From Negativicutes bacterium (GTDB lineage: Bacteria > Bacillota > Negativicutes > UBA1444), in contig CAXXIN010000018.1 in NCBI GenBank assembly GCA_963665275.2, positions 320,001 to 384,000 on the forward strand: a DNA stretch of 64,000 bases. Direction: 5' to 3'. Position 1 is the stretch's first letter. Each line of letters starts with the position of its first letter. The position numbers were made by a program, and so were the translations under genes. A model generated the notes under the pieces. It was not told the origin of the DNA. It did not search any database and saw only the letters and a list, made by a program, of their open reading frames with translations. Below are positions 50,248-60,618 of the stretch, in pieces.

Positions 50248-51306
50248 ATGATGGTAACCAGAATAGGAATCAATGGTTTTGGCCGTATCGGGAGAATGTG
50301 TTTGAGGGCGGCATTGCAGAATGACGATATAGAAGTTGTTGCCATGAATAGTACTTCGAACGCGGAAGCTTCAGCCCGTCTTTTAAAATATGATTCGATC
50401 CATGGGCGACTATCGAATGAAATTGAAGCAACCGACAACGAGATCATCATTGACGGGAAGGTCATCAAAGTCCTGTCTGATAGAAATCCGACCAATCTTC
50501 CATGGGGAAAGCTTGGTGTTGATATCGTTCTTGAAGCAACGGGGAAATTCACTTCTGGTAAAGATTGCGGCGTTCATTTGCGAAATGGTGCGAAAAAAGT
50601 GATTATTACCGCACCGGCGAAAGATTCGGTGCCGACCCTTGTGATGGGAGTAAACGAACAAAGTTATAACCCGAAAGTGCATCATGTGGTGTCCAACGCC
50701 TCGTGTACGACGAATTGCCTGGCTCCAGTCGTAAAGGTTCTTAATGATAAGTTCCGAATTGTGAACGGCTTAATGTCAACGGTGCATGCCTTTACCACCG
50801 ATCAGCGCAGTTTGGATAACAGTCATAATGATCCTCGCCGGTCCAGAAGTTGCATGCAGTCAATTGTTCCAACCTCAACGGGTGCTGCAAAGGCAATAGG
50901 TTTGGTAATTCCTGAGCTCAAAGGGAAATTGAACGGAGTTTCCGTTCGAGTCCCGGTTCCGAACGTTTCTTTAGTTGATCTGGTTGTTGAGCTGGAACAG
51001 GATATTACGGTGGATATCATCAATGAATCCTTTCGTCAGGCTGCGCGAACTTCAATGCGCGGCATTCTTGAATACTGCGATGAACCGCTGGTTTCAATTG
51101 ACTTTTTGGATAACAGTCACTCCGCAATTGTTGATTCGTTGTCGACCTTGGCCGTGGGCAAACGGACAGTCAAGGTTTTAGCCTGGTATGATAACGAGTG
51201 GGGTTATTCCTGCCGTGTAATAGATTTGGCAGCTTATGTAGGTGCAAGTCTCTCTTCAGAAGGAAATTGCGAATTGGAAAATCAAGCACTGGCGATCAAT
51301 ATCTGA
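50248..51306 (+). CDS. gap: Type I glyceraldehyde-3-phosphate dehydrogenase (GapB-like signature)
   Basis: GINGFGRIGR, SNASCTTNCL, TGAAKA, WYDNEWGY. Confidence 0.95.
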   Translation: MMVTRIGINGFGRIGRMCLRAALQNDDIEVVAMNSTSNAEASARLLKYDSIHGRLSNEIEATDNEIIIDGKVIKVLSDRNPTNLPWGKLGVDIVLEATGKFTSGKDCGVHLRNGAKKVIITAPAKDSVPTLVMGVNEQSYNPKVHHVVSNASCTTNCLAPVVKVLNDKFRIVNGLMSTVHAFTTDQRSLDNSHNDPRRSRSCMQSIVPTSTGAAKAIGLVIPELKGKLNGVSVRVPVPNVSLVDLVVELEQDITVDIINESFRQAARTSMRGILEYCDEPLVSIDFLDNSHSAIVDSLSTLAVGKRTVKVLAWYDNEWGYSCRVIDLAAYVGASLSSEGNCELENQALAINI

Positions 51307-51321
51307 TGAACTGCTTTCAGT

Positions 51322-52554
51322 TTAGGCACTTTCCTTTCCCTCAAGATGAGCGATGAATTGTTGAGCAATTCGACCCGAACGGCCCGAATGGGCCGTTTCC
51401 CATTTGATGGCTTCGGCACGCAGTTCAGCAGTCTCCATTTTGAGTCTGCGTTTACGGGCTATTGATTCGACGATGCGAAGATATTCCTCCTGATTGGGCG
51501 GCGCAAAGGTCAATGTTATGCCAAATCGGTCAGAGAGGGATATCTTTTCATTTACCGTATCCCAGGAATGAATATCATCAGAATTGGCGCCAGTCCTGTC
51601 ACTCCATGTTTCCTTCACCAGATGCCGTCGGTTGGACGTAGCATAAATGAGGACATTTTCCGGCTTCATTTCGACGCCACCTTCCATCATTGATTTAAGA
51701 TGGCGGTATTCAACTTCAAATTCCTCAAAAGATAAATCATCCATAAATAAAATGAATTTCTTCCCTCGTTCCCGGAGGGTTTGCATGATCTGGGACAGAT
51801 TTCGCAGATCATGCTTGGTGATTTCCACGAGGCGAAGGCCCTGATCGGAATATTGATTGAGTAAGGCTTTTACCGCAGAGGATTTGCCGGTGCCGCGTGA
51901 CCCGACGAGCAACACATTGTTGGCAGGCTTCCCCTTAATAAACGCTTCCGTATTTTGGGTAAGAACCGCCTTTTGGCGTTCGTAGCCGACCAAGTCATCC
52001 ATTTGGATTCGGTCTGGATGGCGAACCGGCATGAGTCCGCTTTCGATATCCCAGCGAAACACTTTGTAACGCGCCATATCTCCATAACCATGACGGACAT
52101 AATGATCAGTGAGTAATAATAGCGCATGATCAAACGACGAAATCTCCGGTCGGTTAAAAAAAACGCAGCGAAGACTATGAAGGGCGGCGTGCTGTTTGGC
52201 CCTCGTGGGAAGATAGTCCCTAACGAGTGCATCAACATCTTCCGCAAGGTTGTCTGTTCCCAAGAACAGCCGCAAGATTTCCAAGTCATGTGCGACAGCT
52301 TTCAGCAAACTGGGTCCAACCCGGCCGCCGTTTTTTTCTGCCGTAATACTAAAAGGATTTTCATCTTCAGCAATGAGATGAAGAAGATATTCTGCAATTA
52401 CATTACCTTCCAATGAAAGCTCTTCTGCCGCACCGAGCAGGGCAGAGGTTTTCTCTGGCAGGGGAGCATCGCTGCGAAGAAGTCTAATCAATTTATCCTG
52501 CAAGATTCCTCTGAAAACAACTAGGCAATCAAGCGTTTTCCATTGGTACGCCAT
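51322..52554 (-). CDS. DUF815 family AAA+ ATPase
   Basis: PANNVLLVGSRGTGKSS, FMDDLSF, YATSNRRHL, SLSDRFG, GRSGR; ATG 52554 after AAGGAG. Confidence 0.88.
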   Translation of the reverse strand: MAYQWKTLDCLVVFRGILQDKLIRLLRSDAPLPEKTSALLGAAEELSLEGNVIAEYLLHLIAEDENPFSITAEKNGGRVGPSLLKAVAHDLEILRLFLGTDNLAEDVDALVRDYLPTRAKQHAALHSLRCVFFNRPEISSFDHALLLLTDHYVRHGYGDMARYKVFRWDIESGLMPVRHPDRIQMDDLVGYERQKAVLTQNTEAFIKGKPANNVLLVGSRGTGKSSAVKALLNQYSDQGLRLVEITKHDLRNLSQIMQTLRERGKKFILFMDDLSFEEFEVEYRHLKSMMEGGVEMKPENVLIYATSNRRHLVKETWSDRTGANSDDIHSWDTVNEKISLSDRFGITLTFAPPNQEEYLRIVESIARKRRLKMETAELRAEAIKWETAHSGRSGRIAQQFIAHLEGKESA

Positions 52555-52555
52555 A

Positions 52556-54262
52556 TCAGACATCTCCTTTCCCATCGGGCCGGAAACTAACGAATTGATC
52601 GATACTCCTGCCGGGTTGGACCATCGGGTCAACCATTATGTCTGCCGCGATTTCCGCTACGATAACAGTTGGGCCCGCATCGGCAAGCGCCTGGGAAAAT
52701 ACCGATGCAAACTCGGATCGGCTTTTGGCATTGAAAGAAGGAACGCCGCAAATTCGCGCAAAACCGGCAAAATCGAACGGGGGCAGGTCAACCGTAGTGT
52801 ATCGCTCAGAACAAAAAACATATTGCAGCTGGCGAACCATTCCCAGTGAGTGATTATCAAGGATAACGCAGATTACTGGCACTTTATTATTAACGATCGT
52901 ATAAAGTTCCATACCGGTCATTTTGAATCCACCGTCGCCGCAAATTACTATCGCGCGCTTTTCGGGACACGCCAATTGAGCGCCCATTGCTGCAGGCAGA
53001 CCAAATCCCATCGTACCCATTCCGCCGGATGTAATCCAGGAACGGGAACTGAAAAGCTGCAAATGTTGGGCCGCCCACATCTGATGCTGACCGACATCGG
53101 TAACCCAAAGGACCGGATTGTTGTTGGTTGTTTCTGACATATACTCCATAATCCAGGCGGGCAACAAGCCTTCGGCGTCCATGGGCTGGATCTCGCCATG
53201 CCGCCAACTGTCGATCTGACGCCACCAGTCGGAAATATCAGGCAGGGGACATTTTTCCGCCTGATGAATAAAGGTTGAAAGGATGACTCGCAAATCACCG
53301 ATCAATTCTACGTCTGGAGTTATGTTTCGCCCGACTTCACCTGCATCCACATCGAGATGAACTATTGTTTTTCCCTCGACAAACAGTCCGCGGTCACTAG
53401 TAACCCTGTCGCTGAACCTGGTGCCGACAGCAAGGATCAAGTCGGAGGCAGCAATGGTCCTGTTGGCCGCTTTATGCCCATGCATCCCGGTCATGCCAAG
53501 GAAGTATGACGTGCGAGTGGGAAGAATCCCCAACCCCATCAAGGTGCTTACTACTGGTATCTGAAAGAGGGATGTGCAGGCAAGAGTCTCGTGCTCAGCT
53601 TCACCTGACCGTATTCCGCCACCGATGATCATCACCGGTCGCTTTGCGGCATAGAGAAGGGCAAGAGCCTTGCTGATTTTGCAGCCGATCTCTGTGTTCT
53701 CTGAATGCACGGACGAAGTGGAATGCGCCGAGATAGTCAATGGCAACTTTTGATAATGATAGTGCGCTGTGAGAACGTCCCGCGGAATGTCGATCAATAC
53801 TGGCCCGGGACGGCCTTCACGCGCCAATGCGAACGCTTCCCTGAGAACATCGGCAAGATTGGAGATTTCTGTTACTAAAAAGTTGTGCTTGGTAATCGGC
53901 ATGGTGATGCCTGTAACGTCGACCCCCTGAAATGCATCCCGCCCAAGGAACGGCGTGGCGACCTGACCGGTTATGGCCACCAGGGGAACAGAATCCATGA
54001 ACGCTGTCGCCAGACCTGTCACCAGGTTGGTTGCTCCTGGGCCTGAGGTGGCGATGCAGACGCCGACCTTTCCTGATGCACGAGCGTATCCATCTGCAGC
54101 ATGAGCTGCGCCTTGTTCATGCACTGTGAGCACATGATGGATGGAGTCTTCGCGCAATGCATCATATAGCGGCAAGATCGCTCCTCCGGGATAACCGAAG
54201 ACTACATCGACCTTTTGCTCACGGAGACATTCAATAATGATGCGACTGCCCGAGCACTCCAT
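52556..54262 (-). CDS. ilvB: Acetolactate synthase large subunit
   Basis: FGYPGGA, HEQGA, TSGPGATN, DVGQHQMW, GDGGF, GMVRQ. Confidence 0.95.
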   Translation of the reverse strand: MECSGSRIIIECLREQKVDVVFGYPGGAILPLYDALREDSIHHVLTVHEQGAAHAADGYARASGKVGVCIATSGPGATNLVTGLATAFMDSVPLVAITGQVATPFLGRDAFQGVDVTGITMPITKHNFLVTEISNLADVLREAFALAREGRPGPVLIDIPRDVLTAHYHYQKLPLTISAHSTSSVHSENTEIGCKISKALALLYAAKRPVMIIGGGIRSGEAEHETLACTSLFQIPVVSTLMGLGILPTRTSYFLGMTGMHGHKAANRTIAASDLILAVGTRFSDRVTSDRGLFVEGKTIVHLDVDAGEVGRNITPDVELIGDLRVILSTFIHQAEKCPLPDISDWWRQIDSWRHGEIQPMDAEGLLPAWIMEYMSETTNNNPVLWVTDVGQHQMWAAQHLQLFSSRSWITSGGMGTMGFGLPAAMGAQLACPEKRAIVICGDGGFKMTGMELYTIVNNKVPVICVILDNHSLGMVRQLQYVFCSERYTTVDLPPFDFAGFARICGVPSFNAKSRSEFASVFSQALADAGPTVIVAEIAADIMVDPMVQPGRSIDQFVSFRPDGKGDV

Positions 54263-54264
54263 GA

Positions 54265-55257
54265 TTATTTCTTGATCCAGGGCATCATTCCCCGGAGTTC
54301 CTTGCCGACAGCTTCGATGGGATGTTCGGCTCCCATGCGGCGCATCGCATTGAAAACGGGGCGGTTGGCCTGGTTTTCAAGGATCCAGGTCTTGGCGAAG
54401 GTCCCATTCTGGATTTCTTTCAGAATTTGTTTCATTTCCGCACGGGTCTGGTCGGTGATGATCCGCGAGCCGGTCATGTAGTCGCCGAATTCCGCCGTAT
54501 CACTGATGGAATACCGCATGCCCGCCATGCCGCCTTCATATAGTAGATCGACGATCAGTTTCATCTCATGCATGCATTCGAAATATGCCGATTCCGGTTG
54601 GTAGCCGGCTTCGACCAGGGTTTCAAAACCAGCGCTGATGAGGGCGGTGACGCCGCCGCAAAGGATGGCCTGTTCACCGAACAGGTCGGTTTCGGTTTCT
54701 TCTTTGAAGGTCGTTGCCAACACGCCGGCCCGGGTTCCGCCGATGCCCCGTGCGTAAGCAAGGCCGATTTCGCGGGCCATTCCTGTGCTGTCCTGATGAA
54801 CGGCGAGCAGGCAGGGGACGCCGGCGCCTTCGCTGAACTGGCGGCGGACCAGATGACCGGGGCCTTTGGGTGCGACCATGAATACGTCGATATCATCCGC
54901 AGGCTGAATCTGTCCAAAGTGAATGTTAAACCCGTGGGCAAAAGCAAGGGCCGAGCCGGAACGGAGGTTGGGAGCTACCTGTTCGCGGTAGGTCGCAGCC
55001 TGTTTTTCATCGGGGATCAGCATCATGACAACATCTGCCCATGCAGTTGCTTCGGATACGCTGGCGACTTTGAGACCGGCGGCTTCGGCTTTTGCCCAGG
55101 ATTTACTTCCCGTATAGAGTCCAACGGTGACATCGACGCCGCTTTCTTTCAGATTGAGCGCATGCGCATGGCCCTGACTTCCATAGCCGATAACGGCTAC
55201 TTTGCGGTCCAACATGAGATCCCAGTTTGCATCCTGATCATAATAAAGTTTTTTCAT
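54265..55257 (-). CDS. ilvC: Ketol-acid reductoisomerase
   Basis: [31 protein letters not shown]. Confidence 0.97.
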   Translation of the reverse strand: MKKLYYDQDANWDLMLDRKVAVIGYGSQGHAHALNLKESGVDVTVGLYTGSKSWAKAEAAGLKVASVSEATAWADVVMMLIPDEKQAATYREQVAPNLRSGSALAFAHGFNIHFGQIQPADDIDVFMVAPKGPGHLVRRQFSEGAGVPCLLAVHQDSTGMAREIGLAYARGIGGTRAGVLATTFKEETETDLFGEQAILCGGVTALISAGFETLVEAGYQPESAYFECMHEMKLIVDLLYEGGMAGMRYSISDTAEFGDYMTGSRIITDQTRAEMKQILKEIQNGTFAKTWILENQANRPVFNAMRRMGAEHPIEAVGKELRGMMPWIKK

Positions 55258-55271
55258 TCAATTAATCCTCC

Positions 55272-55376
55272 TTAAAATGGGTTGCTGCATGGATCTTTAA
55301 ATTCTTCGGGAATAGGCGGCAGTGTCGCGGAATTGGCATTATGGCTGGCATTTTGATCATAACTAATATTTTTCAT
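55272..55376 (-). CDS. 34-aa ORF whose start resembles the IlvC N-terminus
   Basis: AGGAGG RBS; MKNISYDQNASHNANSATLPPIPEEFKDPCSNPF; stop overlaps ilvC RBS. Confidence 0.45.
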   Translation of the reverse strand: MKNISYDQNASHNANSATLPPIPEEFKDPCSNPF

Positions 55377-55429
55377 CTGTTTGTTCCTCCTAAATATCGT
55401 TAATTTATCACGTTGAAGCTTCACTTGGT

Positions 55430-55681
55430 CTAAGAATTGGCGGTAGTGCCGTCGGACAGGGATGCGCCGACTACATGGGCCAGGTTCGAAACCTGCCGCC
55501 GGAGTTGTTCGGCTTTTGGCCTGCCGCAGTTCAGCACCGCCATTACCCTGGCATTGCCGCTATCAGATTCGGCAGCGTAGGAGAAGCTCTCGATCAATAC
55601 GCCTCGTCTGTAGCACAGGCCGGTCAGCCGGACAAGTGTATCCGCCTGGTTTTTTAGTACTACTGAAAGAAATTGTTTCAC
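55430..55681 (-). CDS. Short ACT-domain acetolactate synthase small subunit-like protein
   Basis: LSVVLKNQADTLVRLTGLCYRRGVLIES; AGGAGG + GTG; first gene of ilv operon. Confidence 0.75.
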   Translation of the reverse strand: MKQFLSVVLKNQADTLVRLTGLCYRRGVLIESFSYAAESDSGNARVMAVLNCGRPKAEQLRRQVSNLAHVVGASLSDGTTANS

Positions 55682-55724
55682 GGGAACGCCTCCTTTTTTA
55701 TTTTGATTTGCTGTTCCAGATATG

Positions 55725-55975
55725 AAAAGCCCCTGAAGCCGCACAGCGCTATGCGGCTTCAGGGGCGAATTCTTCGCGGTACCACCCTGGTTTTTTCTCA
55801 TTCTCGATGTTATCGAGATTCCCTTAACGTGGGAATGCGTCCAAACCTACTCACTTTCCAGTTTTTAGTCAGGAGGTTCGTGGGCGACAGGATCAGTTAT
55901 GCGCACCGGTTTTCACCAACCACCGGCTCTCTGAAGCTGCAATGAAACTGAACCGCTCCCATTCATCACCTTTGA
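55725..55975 (-). ncRNA. T-box riboswitch, probable Val (GUC) specifier
   Basis: Minus strand: AGAGA AG-box, GGTGAAA, GTC at 55888-55886 before stem I base, AGGGTGGTACCGCG, long terminator. Confidence 0.88.
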
Positions 55976-56005
55976 TGCGATTAAATTGTTAATGATTTTG
56001 TATAC

Positions 56006-56034
56006 ATTATCATTCAGGTAAGAATATATGTCAA
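56006..56034 (-). promoter_or_regulatory. SigA promoter of ilv operon
   Basis: TTGACA-N17-GATAAT on minus strand. Confidence 0.65.
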
Positions 56035-56188
56035 TAGTAAACATGGAATATTTACATTTAGACTAAATGTATTAAAATTTTAGTACATTTAGCTGCTGTG
56101 AGGTTCCACTTGCAAATTATCATTGACCAGATTTACACAAATGGCATAAAATTAATTAATATAATGTGCGAGATCGGGGGAGATAGCT

Positions 56189-56959
56189 ATGCTACTGAAT
56201 GAAATTAACCAATTGATGACGGACTTCACCCGCACGAGTCCGCTGAATGTTGCGCCTGAGCTGGATGGTTTGCGAATATTTGATCCACCACTGATGGGGA
56301 TAGCGACCGCTGACGACCCCATGTTTTTGAGTCTTAAACTGCCGGCAGCTGTTGGACCACTTCATATGTTGCCGCAGGAATGGTTACCAGGAGCTGAAAC
56401 CGTCATTTCTTATTTTCTGCCCTTCACGAAAACTGTCCGTACATCCAACCGGCAGCCCGGTTTGCCTTCCAAAGAATGGTTGTACGGCAGGATCGAGGGG
56501 CAGGCCTTCAATGTTGCTTTGAGCAGGATGTTGGTGGAGCAGTTGAAAAGGGCCGGCAATCTGGCTGTCTGTCCGGCAGAGGATTCCCGATTCGCCATTG
56601 CCGATCGCCGCAGTAACTGGTCTGAGCGCCATGTGGCATTTATTGCCGGCTTGGGAACGATAAGCCTGAATCGATCCCTGATAACGCGATTAGGTGCGGC
56701 CGGCCGGATCGGCAGCGTGTTGACAGACCTGACACTGCCTGTCACCCCTCGCTATTACACTAAAATAGAGGAAAATTGCAGTCATTGCGGCGCCTGCATC
56801 GGGCGTTGCCCGCCTCAGGCCATTAGTGAAACAGGGAAGGACCATGCGATCTGTTCGAGTTATCTTGACAGCACTCTCGCCCGGTTTACGCCACGATACG
56901 GTTGTGGAAAATGTCAGACTGCCGTGCCCTGTGAAATGAGAATCCCATTGCCAAAGTGA
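56189..56959 (+). CDS. QueG-like 4Fe-4S protein (epoxyqueuosine reductase family)
   Basis: WSERHVAFIAGLG, GRIGSVLT, CSHCGACIGRCP, GCGKCQTAVPC. Confidence 0.75.
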   Translation: MLLNEINQLMTDFTRTSPLNVAPELDGLRIFDPPLMGIATADDPMFLSLKLPAAVGPLHMLPQEWLPGAETVISYFLPFTKTVRTSNRQPGLPSKEWLYGRIEGQAFNVALSRMLVEQLKRAGNLAVCPAEDSRFAIADRRSNWSERHVAFIAGLGTISLNRSLITRLGAAGRIGSVLTDLTLPVTPRYYTKIEENCSHCGACIGRCPPQAISETGKDHAICSSYLDSTLARFTPRYGCGKCQTAVPCEMRIPLPK

Positions 56960-56995
56960 CAGGGCTTGCAGATTTGTCAGGCTATAAAGGTTTGT

Positions 56996-57024
56996 TTGAC
57001 GATATCACCTGTTTCTTGTATAAT
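56996..57024 (+). promoter_or_regulatory. SigA promoter of ileS
   Basis: TTGACG-N17-TATAAT. Confidence 0.75.
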
Positions 57025-57056
57025 AAGCCGGTAATATGCTTTTAATATGACAAATA

Positions 57057-57292
57057 CAATGATGGAGACAAGTAGCCACAGCTACGGCTGACAGCGAACC
57101 GGGACATGGTGGAAGCCCGGCGGACCGTACTGAGGTGAACATCACTCCGGAGTTACGGACCGAATCGGCAGTAGGCTCCGTCGTGTGACGTGCGTTATAG
57201 CGTTTCAAGTGACCCGCGATGGGGTCATTAGGGTGGTACCACGGGAACAAGTCCTCTCGTCCCTTGCGGATGTGTGAGGACTTTATTTTTTT
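57057..57292 (+). ncRNA. T-box riboswitch, Ile specifier
   Basis: GAAC-ATC-A (57141-57143); AGGGTGGTACCACGG 57230-57244; terminator + T tract. Confidence 0.92.
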
Positions 57293-57304
57293 GGAGGTGT
57301 TATT

Positions 57305-60100
57305 GTGGATTATTCAAAGACGCTTAACCTACCACAGACAGAATTTCCGATGCGGGCAAATCTGCCGGAACGCGAGCCACAGATGCTCAGCTATTGGCAG
57401 GATGAAAAAATTTACGAGAAAAAACAGGCCGCAGCAGCAGGACGGCCCAAGTTTGTCCTTCATGACGGACCTCCGTATGCCAACGGCAATATCCATATCG
57501 GTACTGCTCTGAATAAGATTCTCAAGGATATTATTGTAAAGTATAAATCTTTGCAGGGATTTGATTCACCTTATGTGCCAGGCTGGGATACACATGGGTT
57601 GCCAATCGAACATGCAGCCATTAAAATCCTCGGCCTGAACCGTCACGAACTCGATCCGCTCGATCTGAGAAGGGAATGCCGTCAGTATGCCCTGAAGTGT
57701 CTCGATATGCAGCGGGAGGATTTCAAACGTCTCGGCGTCGCCGGTGACTGGGAAAATCCATATATTACCCTGAATGCGCCCTATGAGGGGAAACAGATCG
57801 AAGTGTTCGGTGAGATGGCAAAGCAGGGTTTTATTTACAAGGGGTTGAAGTCGGTCTACTGGTGTCCAAGTTGCGAGACCGCACTTGCAGAGGCCGAAAT
57901 TGAATATGCGGAAAAGAAATCGCATACGATCTTCGTGAAATTTCCCTTGGTTGATGCCAAAGGCTTCCTGCCGGAAGGTGTCGATCCTGAAAAAGCCTTT
58001 GGCGTGATCTGGACGACGACGCCGTGGACGATTCCCGCCAATGTAGCGATTGCTGTGCACCCGGAGTTCGAATACGCCTGGGTTGCCAACGGTGAAGAAG
58101 TATACCTTATGGCTACAGGACTGCTGGAAAGCGTGAAGAAAGCAACAGGCATAGCCGAGCTTAAAATATTGAATACGTTTAAAGGCACCGACGCCGATGG
58201 TATGCAGTTCCGTCATCCGTTCCTGGATCGGCTTTCACCGGTTGTTCTTGCTGATTATGTCACGCTGGAAGCTGGGACAGGTTGCGTTCATACGGCGCCG
58301 GGACACGGACAGGACGACTTCGAGACGGGAATGAAATACAAATTGCCGATCATCAATCCTATCGACCCTGCTGGTAAATTTACCGCCGAGGGTGGAAAAT
58401 ATGAAGGCCTGTCTGTCGATGATGCCAATGTTCCCATTATTAAAGATCTGGCTGCTATCGGAGCTTTACTTGGCAAGGGATCGATCCGCCATCAATATGC
58501 CCACTGCTGGAGATGTAAAAACCCCATCATTTATCGATCAACAGAGCAGTGGTTTGCCTCCATCGACGGGTTTCGGGCGGCAGCGCTCAAAGCCATTGAA
58601 GATGTAACCTGGATCCCCTCCTGGGGTGAAGAGCGTATTCACAATATGATCGCCGACCGCAAAGATTGGTGTATTTCGCGTCAACGAACCTGGGGTGTAC
58701 CGATTCCTATTTTCTATTGTGAGGAATGCGACAAACATATCATCAACGATGCGACGGTGAAGGCTGTCAGTGAACTGTTCACGATCGAAGGCTCTGATTC
58801 TTGGTGGGCTCGCAGCGCGGCTGAGATTCTACCGGCCGGTTTTGCCTGCCCGCATTGTGGACACGACAAATTTCGCAAGGAAACTGATACGATGGATGTT
58901 TGGTTCGATAGCGGCTCGAGCCATGCCGCCGTTCTGACCCAGCGTCCCGAGCTCCACTGGCCTGCCGAAATGTATCTGGAAGGCAGCGATCAGCATCGCG
59001 GCTGGTTTCATTCTTCGCTTTTGACTTCTGTCGCTACCCGTGGTAGAGCGCCATACCTTTCGGTATTGACCCATGGCTTCGTTGTGGACGGTGAAGGCCG
59101 TAAAATGTCAAAATCTGTAGGTAATACGATCTATCCGCAAGATGTTATCCAAAAATATGGCGCGGATGTTTTGCGCTTGTGGGTGGCCTCAGCCGATTAT
59201 CAGGCCGATATCCGCATCTCGAATGAAATCCTGAAACAGTTATCGGAAGTCTATCGCAAGATTCGCAATACATTCCGCTATATGCTGGGGAATCTATATG
59301 ATTTCGATCCAAAAATGGATTGTGTTGCATATGAAAACCTGCAAGAAATTGATAAATGGGCATTGTTACGCTTGGAACAGGTAAGAGAAAAGGTAACAAA
59401 AGCATACGATGAATATCAGTTCCACTCCCTGTATCATACCGTTCATAATTTCTGCACTGTGGATCTCAGTTCGATATATTTCGACATTCTGAAAGATCGG
59501 TTATACGCATCAAATCCGAGCTCTGTCGAACGCCGGGCAGCGCAGACAGTTTTGTATGAACTGCTGCAATCTTTGGTGGTATTCGTCGCGCCTGTGCTGA
59601 CTTTCTCATCGGAAGAAGTATGGCAGCATATGAATAAACGTTCCGATATGCCGACAAGCGTGCAATTGGCAGCTTGGCCGTCTGCGCATCCCGAGTATCT
59701 GGATGCAGCGCTTGCATCCAAGTGGGAATCTCTGCTTGAATTGCGCGGCGAAGTGACCAAAGCCCTTGAAATTGCCAGACGAAATAAAGAAATCGGCAAC
59801 GCTCTGGATGCCGATTTGGTTATTTACGCGGACGGAGCGTCCTATGAATTATTAAAAGCGGTGGAAGCGGAATTGCCAAACTATTTGATCGTTTCCGGCG
59901 TCAAGCTTGTGTCGGGTGTCGTCTCCGCTCCAGCAGGTTCCTGCCGGGCAGATGACCTGCCAATTGCCGTTGTGGTAATCCCTTCTACGGCAGAAAAATG
60001 CGAGCGCTGCTGGATTCATACAGAATTGACTTCCGTGTCTAATGACGAACCAGGCCTTTGTGCCCGTTGCGCGGGCGTCATGGCTGAGACGCAGGGTTAG
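57305..60100 (+). CDS. ileS: Isoleucine-tRNA ligase (type 1)
   Basis: [33 protein letters not shown]-terminal CERC..CARC. Confidence 0.97.
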   Translation: MDYSKTLNLPQTEFPMRANLPEREPQMLSYWQDEKIYEKKQAAAAGRPKFVLHDGPPYANGNIHIGTALNKILKDIIVKYKSLQGFDSPYVPGWDTHGLPIEHAAIKILGLNRHELDPLDLRRECRQYALKCLDMQREDFKRLGVAGDWENPYITLNAPYEGKQIEVFGEMAKQGFIYKGLKSVYWCPSCETALAEAEIEYAEKKSHTIFVKFPLVDAKGFLPEGVDPEKAFGVIWTTTPWTIPANVAIAVHPEFEYAWVANGEEVYLMATGLLESVKKATGIAELKILNTFKGTDADGMQFRHPFLDRLSPVVLADYVTLEAGTGCVHTAPGHGQDDFETGMKYKLPIINPIDPAGKFTAEGGKYEGLSVDDANVPIIKDLAAIGALLGKGSIRHQYAHCWRCKNPIIYRSTEQWFASIDGFRAAALKAIEDVTWIPSWGEERIHNMIADRKDWCISRQRTWGVPIPIFYCEECDKHIINDATVKAVSELFTIEGSDSWWARSAAEILPAGFACPHCGHDKFRKETDTMDVWFDSGSSHAAVLTQRPELHWPAEMYLEGSDQHRGWFHSSLLTSVATRGRAPYLSVLTHGFVVDGEGRKMSKSVGNTIYPQDVIQKYGADVLRLWVASADYQADIRISNEILKQLSEVYRKIRNTFRYMLGNLYDFDPKMDCVAYENLQEIDKWALLRLEQVREKVTKAYDEYQFHSLYHTVHNFCTVDLSSIYFDILKDRLYASNPSSVERRAAQTVLYELLQSLVVFVAPVLTFSSEEVWQHMNKRSDMPTSVQLAAWPSAHPEYLDAALASKWESLLELRGEVTKALEIARRNKEIGNALDADLVIYADGASYELLKAVEAELPNYLIVSGVKLVSGVVSAPAGSCRADDLPIAVVVIPSTAEKCERCWIHTELTSVSNDEPGLCARCAGVMAETQG

Positions 60101-60144
60101 AAAACTCTGCGATGAACCATCGGCAAAAGGAAAAGGAGACTAAC

Positions 60145-60618
60145 GTGGCGCTTATTGGGCTGTCGGCTGTTGTCATATTGATTGATCAGGCGACAAAATT
60201 TTGGATACAATCCCGAATGGCTTATGGCGCGTCTAGAGCTGTTATCACAGACGTGTTTCACATCACGTATATTTTGAATCCGGGCGCAGCCTTCGGAATT
60301 CTCGAAAATAAAACCTGGTTTTTTGTTCTTGTCGCTTTATTGTTGGTTGCCGGCGTCGCATACATTTACCCGCGCCTGCCGGCAGACCGGCCTTTATTGA
60401 AATTCGGGGCAGGTCTTTTAACAGGAGGCGCAATTGGCAATTTGATCGACAGAATTCGTATCGGCTATGTGGTGGATTTTTTTGATTTCCGAATCTGGCC
60501 GATTTTCAATGTTGCGGACATCTGTATTGTCTGCGGCGTAGGTTGTCTGGCATACGTGCTGCTCACGACTCCTGATGAACCCCCATCAGACAGAGGAAGA
60601 AGAGACGTCGATGGATGA
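60145..60618 (+). CDS. lspA: Signal peptidase II
   Basis: DQATK, NPGAAFG, GNLIDR, VVDF, FNVAD. Confidence 0.95.
   Translation: MALIGLSAVVILIDQATKFWIQSRMAYGASRAVITDVFHITYILNPGAAFGILENKTWFFVLVALLLVAGVAYIYPRLPADRPLLKFGAGLLTGGAIGNLIDRIRIGYVVDFFDFRIWPIFNVADICIVCGVGCLAYVLLTTPDEPPSDRGRRDVDG

Noticed and set aside
54568-55275. 235-aa plus-strand ORF
   Set aside because: Antisense shadow of GC-rich ilvC
57494-57505. IleRS HIGT instead of HIGH as a mupirocin-resistance sign
   Set aside because: Thr variant occurs in ordinary type 1 IleRS as far as I know; no type 2 features
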